DNA of 64,000 nucleotides from Gemmatimonadales bacterium (GCA_965249575.1 OZ252244.1:3744001-3808000), one strand, 5' to 3'; counted from the first letter of the stretch, positions 49,880 to 61,828 are shown. Notes: generated from the sequence alone by a model not told the origin. Numbers and translations are program-made.

Positions 49880-50576
49880 CGGCCGTACGCCGGAGGAGCT
49901 TCGCCCCTTCCTGCTCGAGCGGAACGCGAACCCCTTCGCAGAAGGGAGTTGCCTCGTCCGGACGGGCGATACCCTTGTCCTGTGTACGGCGTCGGTGGAA
50001 ACCTCGGTACCCGCCTGGAGGCAGGGGACCGGATCTGGTTGGCTCACAGCGGAATACGCCATGCTTCCGCGAGCAACGTCGCAGCGCACCCCCAGAGAGC
50101 GGCAGGGGGCGCGGGGGAGAACCCAGGAGATACAACGCCTAATCGGCCGGAGCCTCCGCGCTGCACTCAACGGACTCGAGTTTGGTGAGCTGACCATTCG
50201 CATCGATTGCGACGTCCTCCAGGCTGACGGCGGCACGCGTACGGCGGCGATTACCGGCGGCGCGGTCGCTCTCGCCGATGCATGCATGTGGCTCTCCGAC
50301 ACCCACGGAATTCCCAATCCGTTCGGCAGACTCGTGGTCGGCGTGTCGGTGGGCGTGGTGGACGGGGAGCCCCGGTTGGATCTGGCCTATGCAGAGGACC
50401 GGGCGGCTGCCGTAGACGCCAACGTCGTCATTGCCGAGCCCGACCAATACGTAGAGGTCCAGGGAACCGGAGAGCGGTCGACGTTTGACCGAGCGGAGCT
50501 AGACAGCCTGCTGAACCTCGCTACGCTCGGCGCCCGGCAGCTATTCGCAGAACAGCACCGCGTGCTTGGGAAGTGA
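49866..50576 (+). CDS. rph: Ribonuclease PH
   Basis: GWLTAEYAMLP, EIQRLIGRSLR, CDVLQADGGTRTA and EVQGTGE. Confidence 0.97.
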   Translation: MPRPDGRTPEELRPFLLERNANPFAEGSCLVRTGDTLVLCTASVETSVPAWRQGTGSGWLTAEYAMLPRATSQRTPRERQGARGRTQEIQRLIGRSLRAALNGLEFGELTIRIDCDVLQADGGTRTAAITGGAVALADACMWLSDTHGIPNPFGRLVVGVSVGVVDGEPRLDLAYAEDRAAAVDANVVIAEPDQYVEVQGTGERSTFDRAELDSLLNLATLGARQLFAEQHRVLGK

Positions 50577-51196
50577 CGGCCCGATCCACCGTGTTGGTCG
50601 CCACGCGGAGCGAGCACAAACAGCGTGAGATCAGGATGATACTCCCGGACTTCCCCTATCGCTTCGTTTTCCCGGACGACGTGGGTCTCTACCGAACCGG
50701 AGCGGAGGAGACCATCGAGACCGCCGAGACGTTCGTCGGCAACGCGCGCCGCAAGGCGGAACACTTCGCCCGGCTTTCCGGCCTCCCAACAGTCTCAGAC
50801 GACTCGGGACTCGAGGTGTACGCGCTCGGCGGCCAACCCGGTGTCAGGTCCCGGCGCTTCGCCCTGCCGGCGGACGACCAAGACGCGGCGAACAACGCGG
50901 AGCTGCTGCGGCGACTCGCCGGCGCACCTCGAGATCGGCGGGTCGCGGCATACCGGTGCGCCGTGGTCTTCCAACGACGCGCGGGTGCGGAGGCGGTGAC
51001 CTTCGAAGGCACCTGCCCCGGGCGAATCCTCGACGGGGCTGCTGGTAGTGGTGGATTCGGATACGATCCGCTGTTTTTCTCGGAAGAGCTCGGACGAACC
51101 CTTGGTGAGGTGGCGCCCGAACAGAAACATCGGGTGAGCCACCGGGGTCGCGCGTTTCGTGCATTTGCGGAATGGCTGGCCGGCAACCCACTTTAG
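50573..51196 (+). CDS. rdgB: Non-canonical purine NTP pyrophosphatase (RdgB/HAM1)
   Basis: SDDSGL, PGVRSRR, GFGYDPLF and KHRVSHRG. Confidence 0.93.
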   Translation: MTARSTVLVATRSEHKQREIRMILPDFPYRFVFPDDVGLYRTGAEETIETAETFVGNARRKAEHFARLSGLPTVSDDSGLEVYALGGQPGVRSRRFALPADDQDAANNAELLRRLAGAPRDRRVAAYRCAVVFQRRAGAEAVTFEGTCPGRILDGAAGSGGFGYDPLFFSEELGRTLGEVAPEQKHRVSHRGRAFRAFAEWLAGNPL

Positions 51197-51263
51197 AGGT
51201 TCTTCTGCCGCGGTAGTTCGGAGCGGCCGTTCGAATCAAACGCCAGTGAAAGGGGATGAGCCT

Positions 51264-51695
51264 GTGAACGCGAAGATTTGCCTTTTGGTGACGGGAATCG
51301 CCGCTTGGACGGCCGCGTGCAGCGCGCGCGAAGCAGCCGAAGAGGCAGAGCCCGTGCTTGTGATGATCGACGAGCCGGCTGGGGGGGCGACCGTTCAGGG
51401 TCCGGACGTTCGGATCGCGATGTCGGTGAACGGTATCGAGCTCGCGCCGGCGGCCGACGAGCGCGAAGGAACCGCGCATCATCACCTGTTCATCGATCAG
51501 GACATCACAGCGGCCAGCGTGGAGATTCCCGCGGGCATGACGGGGATCATCCACCTTGGCAGTGCTCAAACCGAATTCGTTGCTGAGGGAATGGCGCCCG
51601 GAGAGCATCGCGTGATCGCTGTCCTCGCCGATTGGGGGCACGTTCCGTTGAACCCACTGGCCACCGATACAGTGACTTTTTCGGTTCAGCCGTAG
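51264..51695 (+). CDS. DUF4399-like lipoprotein
   Basis: Lipobox TAAC; HHHLFID, IIHLG, PGEHR and ADWGHVP. Confidence 0.78.
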   Translation: MNAKICLLVTGIAAWTAACSAREAAEEAEPVLVMIDEPAGGATVQGPDVRIAMSVNGIELAPAADEREGTAHHHLFIDQDITAASVEIPAGMTGIIHLGSAQTEFVAEGMAPGEHRVIAVLADWGHVPLNPLATDTVTFSVQP

Positions 51696-51819
51696 GAGAA
51701 CACAAGTCTAGGGGAACCGCACACCGCACGGGTCGGGCGCACTACCGGCGTGCCCTCGTGGTCACTATGTTGCCGACGCTGAGGTTGAGGCGGGGTTGAG
51801 TCCTCCGCCATCACGCTTG

Positions 51820-51893
51820 CGGGGCGTGGCGCAGTCCGGTAGCGCGCTTGGTTTGGGACCAAGAGGTCGCCGGTTCAAATCCGGCCGCCCCGA
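51820..51893 (+). tRNA. tRNA-Pro (TGG)
   Basis: CGGGGCG/CGCCCCG acceptor stem; CTTGG-TTTGGGA-CCAAG anticodon arm; GGTTCAAATCC; no encoded CCA. Confidence 0.95.
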
Positions 51894-52205
51894 CTGGCTG
51901 CGTCGCGGAGATCCTGACAGCCATTACGCGACGGTATTCCACCCGGCCCAACCCTTATCTGCCTGACGAGCCGCGAAGCCAAGCGCTGGCCTCACGAAAT
52001 ACCCAACAACGTGAAGAGACGGGGCCGTGGTCCCGGCCCTAAAACCGGCTGGGGGTTGTCATTCACATCGCCAGGCCGTTATTTGGGGGCGTTCTTCCCT
52101 CGGCCTCGCGTCCTCCCATCCTAGCCCGGACGCTGGCTGCCTGCTCCAGCGTAATGGGCGCGAGCCCGCGCCGGAACGTTAGTTCGATCTTTTCTGACCG
52201 AGGCG

Positions 52206-53876
52206 GTGCTCGTGCGGCGACTGCGGATCGGGATAATAGACCTCGTTACAAAGGGCCCCACACGGGCCCTGTACGCACGGATCATGAACCCGAACTACGC
52301 GAGCATCATGCCCCAGGCGGTGGCCGTGTGGTGCGAAGAGGCTGGCCACGACGTGACGTTCGTGTGTTACACGGGGTTCGAGAACCTGCTCGACGAGCTT
52401 CCCGAGAACATGGATCTGCTGTTCGTGGGGGCCTTCACCCAGGCCGGACAGCTCGCATACGCTCTCAGCAACCTGTTCCGGAAACGGGGGGCAGTTACGG
52501 TGCTCGGCGGTCCGCACGCCCGGTGCTACCCGGAGGACGCCCGCCAGTACTTCGACTATGTCGTTGGGTTCACCGACCGCGAGATCGTTGACGACATCCT
52601 GCGTGATTGCTCGGCGCACCGTCCGTTCGGTTGTCACCTGAGCGCTCCTCGGCAACCGGTACATCTCCCGGGCATCCGGGACCGCTGGAAATTTGCGGAG
52701 CCGACGTTCTCGAAGTCGCCGACTAGTATCAAAGGCGTTCCAATGCTCGGGAGCCTGGGGTGTCCGTATACATGTTGCTTCTGCATCGACTCCGTCGTGG
52801 ACTACCAACCACTCGACTACGACCAAATCCGCGACGATTTGCGCTTCCTGGTCAAGAAACTCCCGAACGGCTGGGTGGGATGGCACGATCCCAACTTCGG
52901 GGTCCGCTTCGACGACTACCTGTCCCTGATCGAAGACGCCGTCCCGCCGGGATCGCTCAGTTTCTGTGCGGAGAGTAGCCTCTCGCTGCTCTCCGAGTCG
53001 AACGTCAAGCGGCTGAGCGCCGCCGGATTCCGGGTCATGATCCCCGGTATCGAGTCGTGGTTCAGCCTCGGCAACAAGTCGAAAACCCGGGGAAAGACCG
53101 GGTTCGAGAAGGTCAAGCAGGTGTCCGAGCACGTCAACATGATCATGGACCACATCCCCTACGTGCAGACGAACTTCGTGCTTGGGTTGGACGACGATCA
53201 TGGCGAGGAGGCGTTCGAGCTGACCAAGCGATTCGTCGACATGACACCCGGGGCTTTCCCGGGATATTCACTGCTTTCGGCGTTCGGCGAAGCCGCACCG
53301 CTCAATCTCGATTTGCAGCGGAGCGGTCGGGTTCGACCGTTCCCGTTCCACTTTATGAATTGCGCGCAAGCGGGAAACGTCGTCCCAGCGCACTATGGGT
53401 GGACCGAATTCTACGACTATGTCATCGACGTAACCGGCTACACGTTCTCGTGGAAGAACATCGCCCGGCGCGCCCGGGCGGCCCAGGCTCCTCTTGCGCG
53501 CTGGTTGAATATCGTGCGCGCGATCTCGAGCGAGGGCTTCGGCAGGCTCAAGTACTACGGCAAGGTGCGGCGACTGCTCGACGAGGATCAGAGCGTGCGC
53601 CGGTTCTATGACGGAAAGACCGACGAGGTCCCCGATTTCTTTATCGATCGGGTTCGACGCGATTTGGGCCCGTTGTGGCAGCACCTGCCACCGGGGGCGC
53701 TCGACCACGACCCGAAAGCCTACCTCAAGAAAACCGAAGCCCGGAAGTCAACGGAGGAGGGAGTCGCGAGCGCACCGGCCAGCGGCCAGGGACCCGTCCA
53801 GATCTCACGGCTCGCCCAGACGGGCATCGCCGAGCAGGCGAGCCCGGCCCAAAACCCCGCGGCTCTCGATCTCTGA
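52206..53876 (+). CDS. B12-binding-type radical SAM protein
   Basis: VLGGPHA cobalamin-binding-like domain; GCPYTCCFC CxxxCxxC; DPNF, GIES and FVLGLD. Confidence 0.88.
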   Translation: MLVRRLRIGIIDLVTKGPTRALYARIMNPNYASIMPQAVAVWCEEAGHDVTFVCYTGFENLLDELPENMDLLFVGAFTQAGQLAYALSNLFRKRGAVTVLGGPHARCYPEDARQYFDYVVGFTDREIVDDILRDCSAHRPFGCHLSAPRQPVHLPGIRDRWKFAEPTFSKSPTSIKGVPMLGSLGCPYTCCFCIDSVVDYQPLDYDQIRDDLRFLVKKLPNGWVGWHDPNFGVRFDDYLSLIEDAVPPGSLSFCAESSLSLLSESNVKRLSAAGFRVMIPGIESWFSLGNKSKTRGKTGFEKVKQVSEHVNMIMDHIPYVQTNFVLGLDDDHGEEAFELTKRFVDMTPGAFPGYSLLSAFGEAAPLNLDLQRSGRVRPFPFHFMNCAQAGNVVPAHYGWTEFYDYVIDVTGYTFSWKNIARRARAAQAPLARWLNIVRAISSEGFGRLKYYGKVRRLLDEDQSVRRFYDGKTDEVPDFFIDRVRRDLGPLWQHLPPGALDHDPKAYLKKTEARKSTEEGVASAPASGQGPVQISRLAQTGIAEQASPAQNPAALDL

Positions 53877-54082
53877 ACCGGGGGGCCACCGGCTCCCCCT
53901 CCCACTCCCGCTCGACACGTTCGCCTCGGGTTCCCTAACGGCTTGAGCGAGCGGCGGCCAGTTCTGTTGTCCACTATATTCAAGACACATTGAGCCGAAG
54001 GTCCCTCCATCGGACGAAAAGCCCGTTGAAGCTGACAACATAGTTTAGCTGCAGCTTGTAACTACATAGCTTATGATACTTT

Positions 54083-54156
<74 letters not shown>

Positions 54157-54219
54157 TCCGCTGAGGAGATCCCAACCAACGGGCGGGAAGCTGCTCTCGC
54201 CGGTCGAGGCCTCGCGACC

Positions 54220-55842
54220 ATGCCTATCGCCCATCGCGTGACCCCGGTATCCCGAGCCCTCTTCCTCGCAGTAGTCGTAGTGCTCGGCTCAACGTCGGGC
54301 CCGCGTACCGGTGCCGGCCAGGGCGCGATCCACCGGGCCTTCCAGGACCTGTGGGCCGCGAGTGATTCAGGGCGAGCCGATGCTGCCGTGGACGCCCTTC
54401 TGGACCTCGACCTCTCCTTCGACTCGGCCCTGCACCGACTCCGGGTTGGCCGTGACTACACCGCGCGAGTCGCGACCGGCAGGATCGACCTGAGCCGGGT
54501 TTCGCCGGCAGGTATGGAGCGCCATTACACGATCGTGGTGCCCGAGGGTTACGACCACCAGCTTCGCTACCCGGTCAGGGTATTCCTGCACGGGGGCGTC
54601 GAACGGGAGGGCAAGCGTCGCGGTGGCTCATGGCGGCATGATCGATACTCTGGAGCCGATTGGATCGCCGTATTCCCGTCTGGGTGGCGTGATGCCATGT
54701 GGTGGTTCGAGAATCAGGTTGAAAACGTGATGGGCATTCTGGGCACGCTCAGGCAGACCTACAATGTCGACGAAAACCGCGTGCACCTGTTTGGCGTATC
54801 GGATGGCGGAACCGGCGCGTACTTCTTCGGCATGAAAGCAGCAACCCCCTGGGCTGGTATCCTCCCGCTGCTGGGACATCCCTCAGTACTCGCCAACCCT
54901 CGGGTGCAGGCCGACGGCCAGCTCTACGTGGTCAATCTCCGCAACGTGCCCCTGTTGGTGGTCAACGGCGCTCTCGATCCGATGTACCCCGCGCATCGGC
55001 TGGAGCCGTACGTAGCGCTGTACCGCGAAGCGGGGATCGACGCGACCTTCCGGGATCTAAAAAATGTCGGCCACAACATGTCCTGGTGGGAGGCGGAGTC
55101 GGAGAACATCGCAAGCTTCATCCGCGACCACCCGCGGGATCCCCTACCGGATTCCGTTACGTGGGAAACGGAGCGCATTGATCGGTACAATCGAGCAAGC
55201 TGGGTGGTCGTCTCCGAGCTCGGGGAGGCTCGAGACGAGGCGACCCTTCCAGATTTCAATTCCGTTGCGGCTCCCGAACCGCGGCCCGCGCTCGGGGTCG
55301 GCGTCGAGGACGTGGCGGGGCAGGGTGTCAGGCTGACCCGGATCAACGATGGATCCGTTGCCCAAGTGGCCGGACTCCGCCCGGGCGATATCGTCGTGTC
55401 CGTCGACGGCGTGCAGACGCCCACGGAGGCGAGCCTCATCGCTCAGGTACGGGATATCCGGTTCGGGAGCCGTGTCCAACTCAGCATCGAGCGGGACGGC
55501 GCGCGCAGACCGATCACCGTGGTCTATCCCCCGCCGCCCCCGCCCGAGGAACCCTATCTGGTCTTTCCTCACTTCCAGCCCTCAGGGCGCATCGAGGTTG
55601 TACGGCGGGGCAATTCCGTCGAGGTCAAGACCAACGGGATCAGGACCTATCGGCTCCTCCTGTCAGCAGATCGATTCGATCTCCAGGAACCCGTGACGGT
55701 GAGGACGAACGGACACGCTTCGTTCGAAGGTGTGGTCAATGTGAATACGGAAACCCTCCTGAGGTGGGCGGCGCGGGATCACGACCGCACGATGCTCTTC
55801 GCCGCCGAACTCGACATCCGGTTGCCAGCATCAACACCGTAG
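54220..55842 (+). CDS. Exported alpha/beta-hydrolase (esterase/peptidase) with an inserted PDZ domain
   Basis: Signal peptide; FLHGG, GVSDGG nucleophile elbow, NGALD and VGH; PDZ segment ALGV...GSVAQVAGLRPGDIVVSVDG. Confidence 0.83.
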   Translation: MPIAHRVTPVSRALFLAVVVVLGSTSGPRTGAGQGAIHRAFQDLWAASDSGRADAAVDALLDLDLSFDSALHRLRVGRDYTARVATGRIDLSRVSPAGMERHYTIVVPEGYDHQLRYPVRVFLHGGVEREGKRRGGSWRHDRYSGADWIAVFPSGWRDAMWWFENQVENVMGILGTLRQTYNVDENRVHLFGVSDGGTGAYFFGMKAATPWAGILPLLGHPSVLANPRVQADGQLYVVNLRNVPLLVVNGALDPMYPAHRLEPYVALYREAGIDATFRDLKNVGHNMSWWEAESENIASFIRDHPRDPLPDSVTWETERIDRYNRASWVVVSELGEARDEATLPDFNSVAAPEPRPALGVGVEDVAGQGVRLTRINDGSVAQVAGLRPGDIVVSVDGVQTPTEASLIAQVRDIRFGSRVQLSIERDGARRPITVVYPPPPPPEEPYLVFPHFQPSGRIEVVRRGNSVEVKTNGIRTYRLLLSADRFDLQEPVTVRTNGHASFEGVVNVNTETLLRWAARDHDRTMLFAAELDIRLPASTP

Positions 55843-55926
55843 CCCCCGCCCTTCACCTTCATCAGCTCCCACCAGATTGGCCGGTTCGCTCTCGAAACCG
55901 GAGGCGGAGCGGGCTATAATGCGCAC

Positions 55927-57216
55927 ATGTTACCTGACAGGACCCCCGGTATGACGGGCGAGGAGCTCTCGGCAGCCTGGGGGATCCTAACACGCGAAGA
56001 GCGGCTTGAAGCCTTCTCCCATCTGGGGGAAGAGGACGGACAGAACTTCTTCGGCCTGCTCGATGCCATCGACCAGGCCGAGCTGCTGCTCAGTCTGCCA
56101 CAAGGAGGGCGCGCGCGTTTCCTCGCCCTCCTCCCGCCGGACGACCTCGCCGACGTGTTCCAGGAACTCGACGAACGCGCCCAGAAGGTAGTCTTCAAGT
56201 CCCTCGCACCGGAGGATCTCGCAGAGGTTCGAGAGCTCGCCGCCTACGATTGGGACGACGCCGGCGGGATCATGACGCCCGACTTCGCTCACATCCTCCC
56301 GGACATGATCGTCGACCGTGCGATCGTCTCGCTGAGACTTCAGCTCAAGGAGCAGCCCGAAACACTACGCTACGTATACGTGCTGGAGAAAGATGGACGG
56401 CTGGCCGGTGTCGTGAGCTTCCGTGACCTGTTCGGCGCCCCTTCGAGCACACGAGTTCGCGATCTCATGAAGACCGACCTGGTTTCGGTGCGCGAGGATA
56501 CCGATCAAGAGGAGGTCGCCCGCCTGATGCGGGACCACGGAATCACCGCGATACCGGTTCTCGACGCCCTCCGTCGTGTCAAGGGAATCATAACCAGCGA
56601 CGATGTCCTCGCCGTCATGGAGGAAGAAGCGACAGAAGACATTCACAAACTGGCCGCGGTTGCCCCTACGGAAATGGACTACGCCCGAGCCGGGGTAGGG
56701 CTCCTCTGGCGCCGACGCGCCGGATGGCTTGTCGTGCTCCTGGTGGCGGGAGTCTTGACGGCTCTCATCATGGAGCGGTTTGAGGACACACTCCGGGCAA
56801 GCGTCGTCTTGGCGTTCTACGTTCCACTGCTGATGGGAGCCGCCGGAAACACGGGCACTCAGTCGGCCATGCTCGTCGTTCGGAGCCTCGCAACCGGCGA
56901 CTTGCAGACCCGCGAGTGGACGCGGGTGCTCCTGAAGGAACTGGCCGTGGGCTCGCTCTTGGCCCTCATGCTAGCATCACTGCTGGGCATTCTGGGATAC
57001 TACTCCAGTCACGGGGGGCCCAAGGTGGCGTTCGTTCTCGCCGCGACGATGGCGGCCGTCGTGCTATGGGCGAACCTGATCGGCGCCGCGCTGCCCGTGT
57101 TGATCCGGGCGATCCGCCTCGACCCCGCCGTAGTTTCGGCCCCGCTCGTCGCGACCCTGGTGGATGTCTCCGGGATTGCCATCTATTTGACCATTGCGGC
57201 CTGGGTATTGGGTTGA
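55927..57216 (+). CDS. mgtE: Magnesium transporter MgtE
   Basis: AGGIMT, CBS pair, EEEATEDI, GNTGTQS and DPAVVSAPLVATLVD. Confidence 0.95.
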   Translation: MLPDRTPGMTGEELSAAWGILTREERLEAFSHLGEEDGQNFFGLLDAIDQAELLLSLPQGGRARFLALLPPDDLADVFQELDERAQKVVFKSLAPEDLAEVRELAAYDWDDAGGIMTPDFAHILPDMIVDRAIVSLRLQLKEQPETLRYVYVLEKDGRLAGVVSFRDLFGAPSSTRVRDLMKTDLVSVREDTDQEEVARLMRDHGITAIPVLDALRRVKGIITSDDVLAVMEEEATEDIHKLAAVAPTEMDYARAGVGLLWRRRAGWLVVLLVAGVLTALIMERFEDTLRASVVLAFYVPLLMGAAGNTGTQSAMLVVRSLATGDLQTREWTRVLLKELAVGSLLALMLASLLGILGYYSSHGGPKVAFVLAATMAAVVLWANLIGAALPVLIRAIRLDPAVVSAPLVATLVDVSGIAIYLTIAAWVLG

Positions 57217-57453
57217 TCCGAGGATGAGCGACTGGTGTGCCGACGCAGTCACCCCGACGAACAAGCTCCGAGACGATAGTGATTTGGGCGCACTTGCCGT
57301 CGCGCCCGCCGCCGCGGGGAGTTAGGGGAAGGGTGGGGTACGCAGGGAACGGTCGCTATTCCGGTTGTGGGACGTCGTGTCCCTGGGGCGCAAGGTTACA
57401 TTGATGGGGAATCTCAGACGACACTAAGGTATCATGCAAGGAATCGAGCCCTC

Positions 57454-59859
57454 ATGACCCCGCGAGCGAGCCAGCCGAAAGCATTGCGCGATCAGCCGCG
57501 GGCCGGGAACGGTAAACCCGCGGGTCCGGATGCTGTACGAACCGAGGAGGTCGACACCACCCTGGACAGCGATGGTGGGCTCGTCACTGAGGGCGAGGCT
57601 GCGAACGGTGAAGTGGAGACAGTCGTTCCGGCTCCTGTGTCGTTGGGCGCCGAGCCTTCTCCGAGTACGCTCGAGCCACCGGCGTCGGCCAGAACGCCCC
57701 CCGACCGCGTTCCTCCTCCTGTAGCCACGCCGGATGCACCACACGATCTCTCCCGGTCCGAGTATTTTCTCAATCGGGAGTTGACCTGGCTCAACTATAC
57801 GTTCCGAATCCTCCACGAGGCGGAGGACGAGCGCACCCCGCTTCTCGAGCGGATGAAGTTCATCGCCATCGTCAGCTCCAATCTGGACGAGTTCTTCATG
57901 AAGCGGATTGGGGGGCTCAAACAGCAGGTGGGAGCGGGGATCCACGACTTGAGTGTCGACGGCCGGACCCCCGAGGAACAGATCGCCCAGTGCTACGATC
58001 TCGTGCGCGAGGTGGAGCGGCGGAAGCACGTTGCGTTATTGAAGACCGTGTCGGCGCTGGAGAGCGCGGGCATCCTGCTCACGACCTACGAGCGGCTCCC
58101 CTCGGAGGATCAAAAGCGCCTGCGCCAGTACTACGTAGAGAACATCTATCCGCTAGTCACCCCACAGGGTAGCGACCCAGCACACCCGTTTCCATTCATC
58201 TCGAACCTCTCGCTCAATCTGCTCGTGAGCCTGCGTTCTAGAAAGGACTCGGCGCAGTCGCTCGCGCGGGTCAAAGTCCCCGTGGGGGCGGGGATTCCGC
58301 GCTTTCTCCGCGTGCGCGACACCGACGTGTTCGTCACGCTGGAGAGCGTGATGGCCCACAACCTCGACGTGCTCTTCCCGGGCATCGAGGTCAACAGTTG
58401 CGAGGTCTTCCGTGTTACCCGGAACGCGAACACCGAGGTTGAGGAGGAGAACGCCGACGATCTCCTGGCGGTGATCGAAACGGGGCTGCGAGAGCGGAAG
58501 TTTGCGCCGGTCGTGCGGCTCGAGGTCGCACGCTCCATGCAGCCGTACAACCGGGGCCGGCTGGCTGCGGAGCTGGGGCTCGATGAACGTGCGGATGTGT
58601 TCGAGGTCGAGGGGCTGCTCGGTATGCGTGACCTGATGCAGTTGGCTCTGCTCGAGCGCGCAGCACTGCGCGATCCGCCCCATCACCCGATTGATCATCC
58701 GCAGCTCGGAACCGACCGCAGCATCTTTCACGTTATCCGAGATCTCGGATCGATTCTCCTACACCATCCGTATCAGGCTTTCTCGACCTCGGTCGTGCGA
58801 TTTCTGCGCGAGGCGAGTCAAGACCCAAAGGTGCGAGCCATCAAAATGACGTTGTATCGCACCTCGGCGGAGTCCAGGCCGATCGATTACCTGATCGAGG
58901 CAGCCCGCAACGGCAAGCAGGTAGCGGTCGTGGTGGAGCTCAAGGCGCGATTCGATGAGGAGGCAAATATCCGCTGGGCCAACCGGCTGGAGGCGACCGG
59001 TATCCACGTCACGTACGGCGTCGTGGGTCTCAAGACCCACTGCAAGGCGATTCTCGTTGTCCGACAAGACTACAACGGCCTGGCGCGGTACGCGCACGTG
59101 GGAACTGGGAACTATCACGCGGGCACGGCGCGCCTGTATTCCGACCTCGCCATCTTCACGAACGATCCGGCCATCGGAAAGGATTTGACCGAGCTCTTCA
59201 ACTACCTAACGACGGGTTACAGGCCAAAGCGCAACTATACCAAGGTGCTCCCGGCACCAAAGGTGTTGAAGCGGGCGCTCCTCGAGAAGATCGACCGGGA
59301 GGTCACGGCGCACTCGGCTGACTCTCCGGGCTTGATCCAGCTTAAGCTGAACGCGCTAGAAGACGCAGACGTCACCCGGGCATTGTATCGAGCGTCGCAG
59401 GCGGGGGTCACGATCGACCTGATCGTGCGGGACACGTGCCGATTGCGGCCGGGCATCGCGGGGTTATCGGAGACGATTCGTGTGATCAGCGTCGTCGGCC
59501 GGTTTCTCGAGCATTCGCGCATCTACTACTTCCGGAACGGCGGTGCGGAGGAGTACTACATCGGGTCGGCGGACTGCATGCAGCGCAATCTCGAAAGCCG
59601 CGTGGAGGTGCTCGCACCCGTCGAGGCGCCAGAGCTGCGGCAGGACCTTAGGGTCGTACTCGACACGCAGCTGGCCGATCAGCGCAGCGCCTGGGAAATG
59701 CAGCCGGACGGCAGCTACGTTCAGCGAATGCCGGTCAAGCGCAAGGAGGAGCGCAGCTCACAGCGGGCGCTGATTGAGTGGGCCGAGAAGCGCCACCGGG
59801 AAGCAAGCCGATTGCGCCGTCGGAAGCCTCGGGGGATCTCCAGGCGCAACGTCCGCTGA
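57454..59859 (+). CDS. ppk1: Polyphosphate kinase 1
   Basis: LNRELTWL, SNLDEFFM, DPAHPFPFISN, LHHPY, IKMTLYR, ELKARFDE, KTHCK, GRFLEHSR and GSAD. Confidence 0.97.
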   Translation: MTPRASQPKALRDQPRAGNGKPAGPDAVRTEEVDTTLDSDGGLVTEGEAANGEVETVVPAPVSLGAEPSPSTLEPPASARTPPDRVPPPVATPDAPHDLSRSEYFLNRELTWLNYTFRILHEAEDERTPLLERMKFIAIVSSNLDEFFMKRIGGLKQQVGAGIHDLSVDGRTPEEQIAQCYDLVREVERRKHVALLKTVSALESAGILLTTYERLPSEDQKRLRQYYVENIYPLVTPQGSDPAHPFPFISNLSLNLLVSLRSRKDSAQSLARVKVPVGAGIPRFLRVRDTDVFVTLESVMAHNLDVLFPGIEVNSCEVFRVTRNANTEVEEENADDLLAVIETGLRERKFAPVVRLEVARSMQPYNRGRLAAELGLDERADVFEVEGLLGMRDLMQLALLERAALRDPPHHPIDHPQLGTDRSIFHVIRDLGSILLHHPYQAFSTSVVRFLREASQDPKVRAIKMTLYRTSAESRPIDYLIEAARNGKQVAVVVELKARFDEEANIRWANRLEATGIHVTYGVVGLKTHCKAILVVRQDYNGLARYAHVGTGNYHAGTARLYSDLAIFTNDPAIGKDLTELFNYLTTGYRPKRNYTKVLPAPKVLKRALLEKIDREVTAHSADSPGLIQLKLNALEDADVTRALYRASQAGVTIDLIVRDTCRLRPGIAGLSETIRVISVVGRFLEHSRIYYFRNGGAEEYYIGSADCMQRNLESRVEVLAPVEAPELRQDLRVVLDTQLADQRSAWEMQPDGSYVQRMPVKRKEERSSQRALIEWAEKRHREASRLRRRKPRGISRRNVR

Positions 59860-59982
59860 GGGCGCGGGCAATTCCCTTCAAAAACGGCCCGCCGGAGCGT
59901 GGGTGCGGGGCGGAACGGTCGGTGGGAACCGGAGTGCTGCGTCGTCGGCTGTAACCTCTAACCTTGTGGTAGCTTACGCCCC

Positions 59983-60060
59983 TTGACTCCTGGGGGTCGC
60001 CCGGGTAAGCTTTTTAGGCTGGCTACGTTTTTGTGGCCGGACCTTTTTTGCTCTTTGATA
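59983..60060 (+). promoter_or_regulatory. rRNA operon promoter and leader boxA
   Basis: TTGACT(59983-59988)-17-TAAGCT(60006-60011); boxA-like TGCTCTTTGATA at 60049-60060. Confidence 0.75.
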
Positions 60061-60194
60061 ATTGATCGGTGAGGGACATTGAGGAGTGCGGTCCCGTTAT
60101 ACAGCGGCGGGCGATCGGACGCTCGTCGTGAGGGATTACTCCGATGATTGTGATTCGGACGACCAAGGTCGTTTGGACAGAGCAAGTCGAATTC

Positions 60195-61744
<1,550 letters not shown>

Positions 61745-61828
61745 GGAATCCCGAGTAGCCCGGGCAGTTCGCCGGTGCCGAAAGGGTTTCAAGTCGCCCG
61801 CACTTTTCAATCCCTCGCCGATTGATTC

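Noticed and set aside
48422..50317. 631-aa minus-strand ORF (and similar long antisense ORFs)
   Set aside because: Antisense to the antiporter, rfaE2 and rph; typical high-GC shadow ORF.
51930..52005. Hammerhead-like CTGACGA...GAAA core
   Set aside because: Stems I and II cannot be paired adjacent to the core; likely coincidence.
51894..52205. Cobalamin riboswitch before the B12 radical SAM gene
   Set aside because: Hairpins exist, but I found no B12-box or other conserved cobalamin riboswitch elements.
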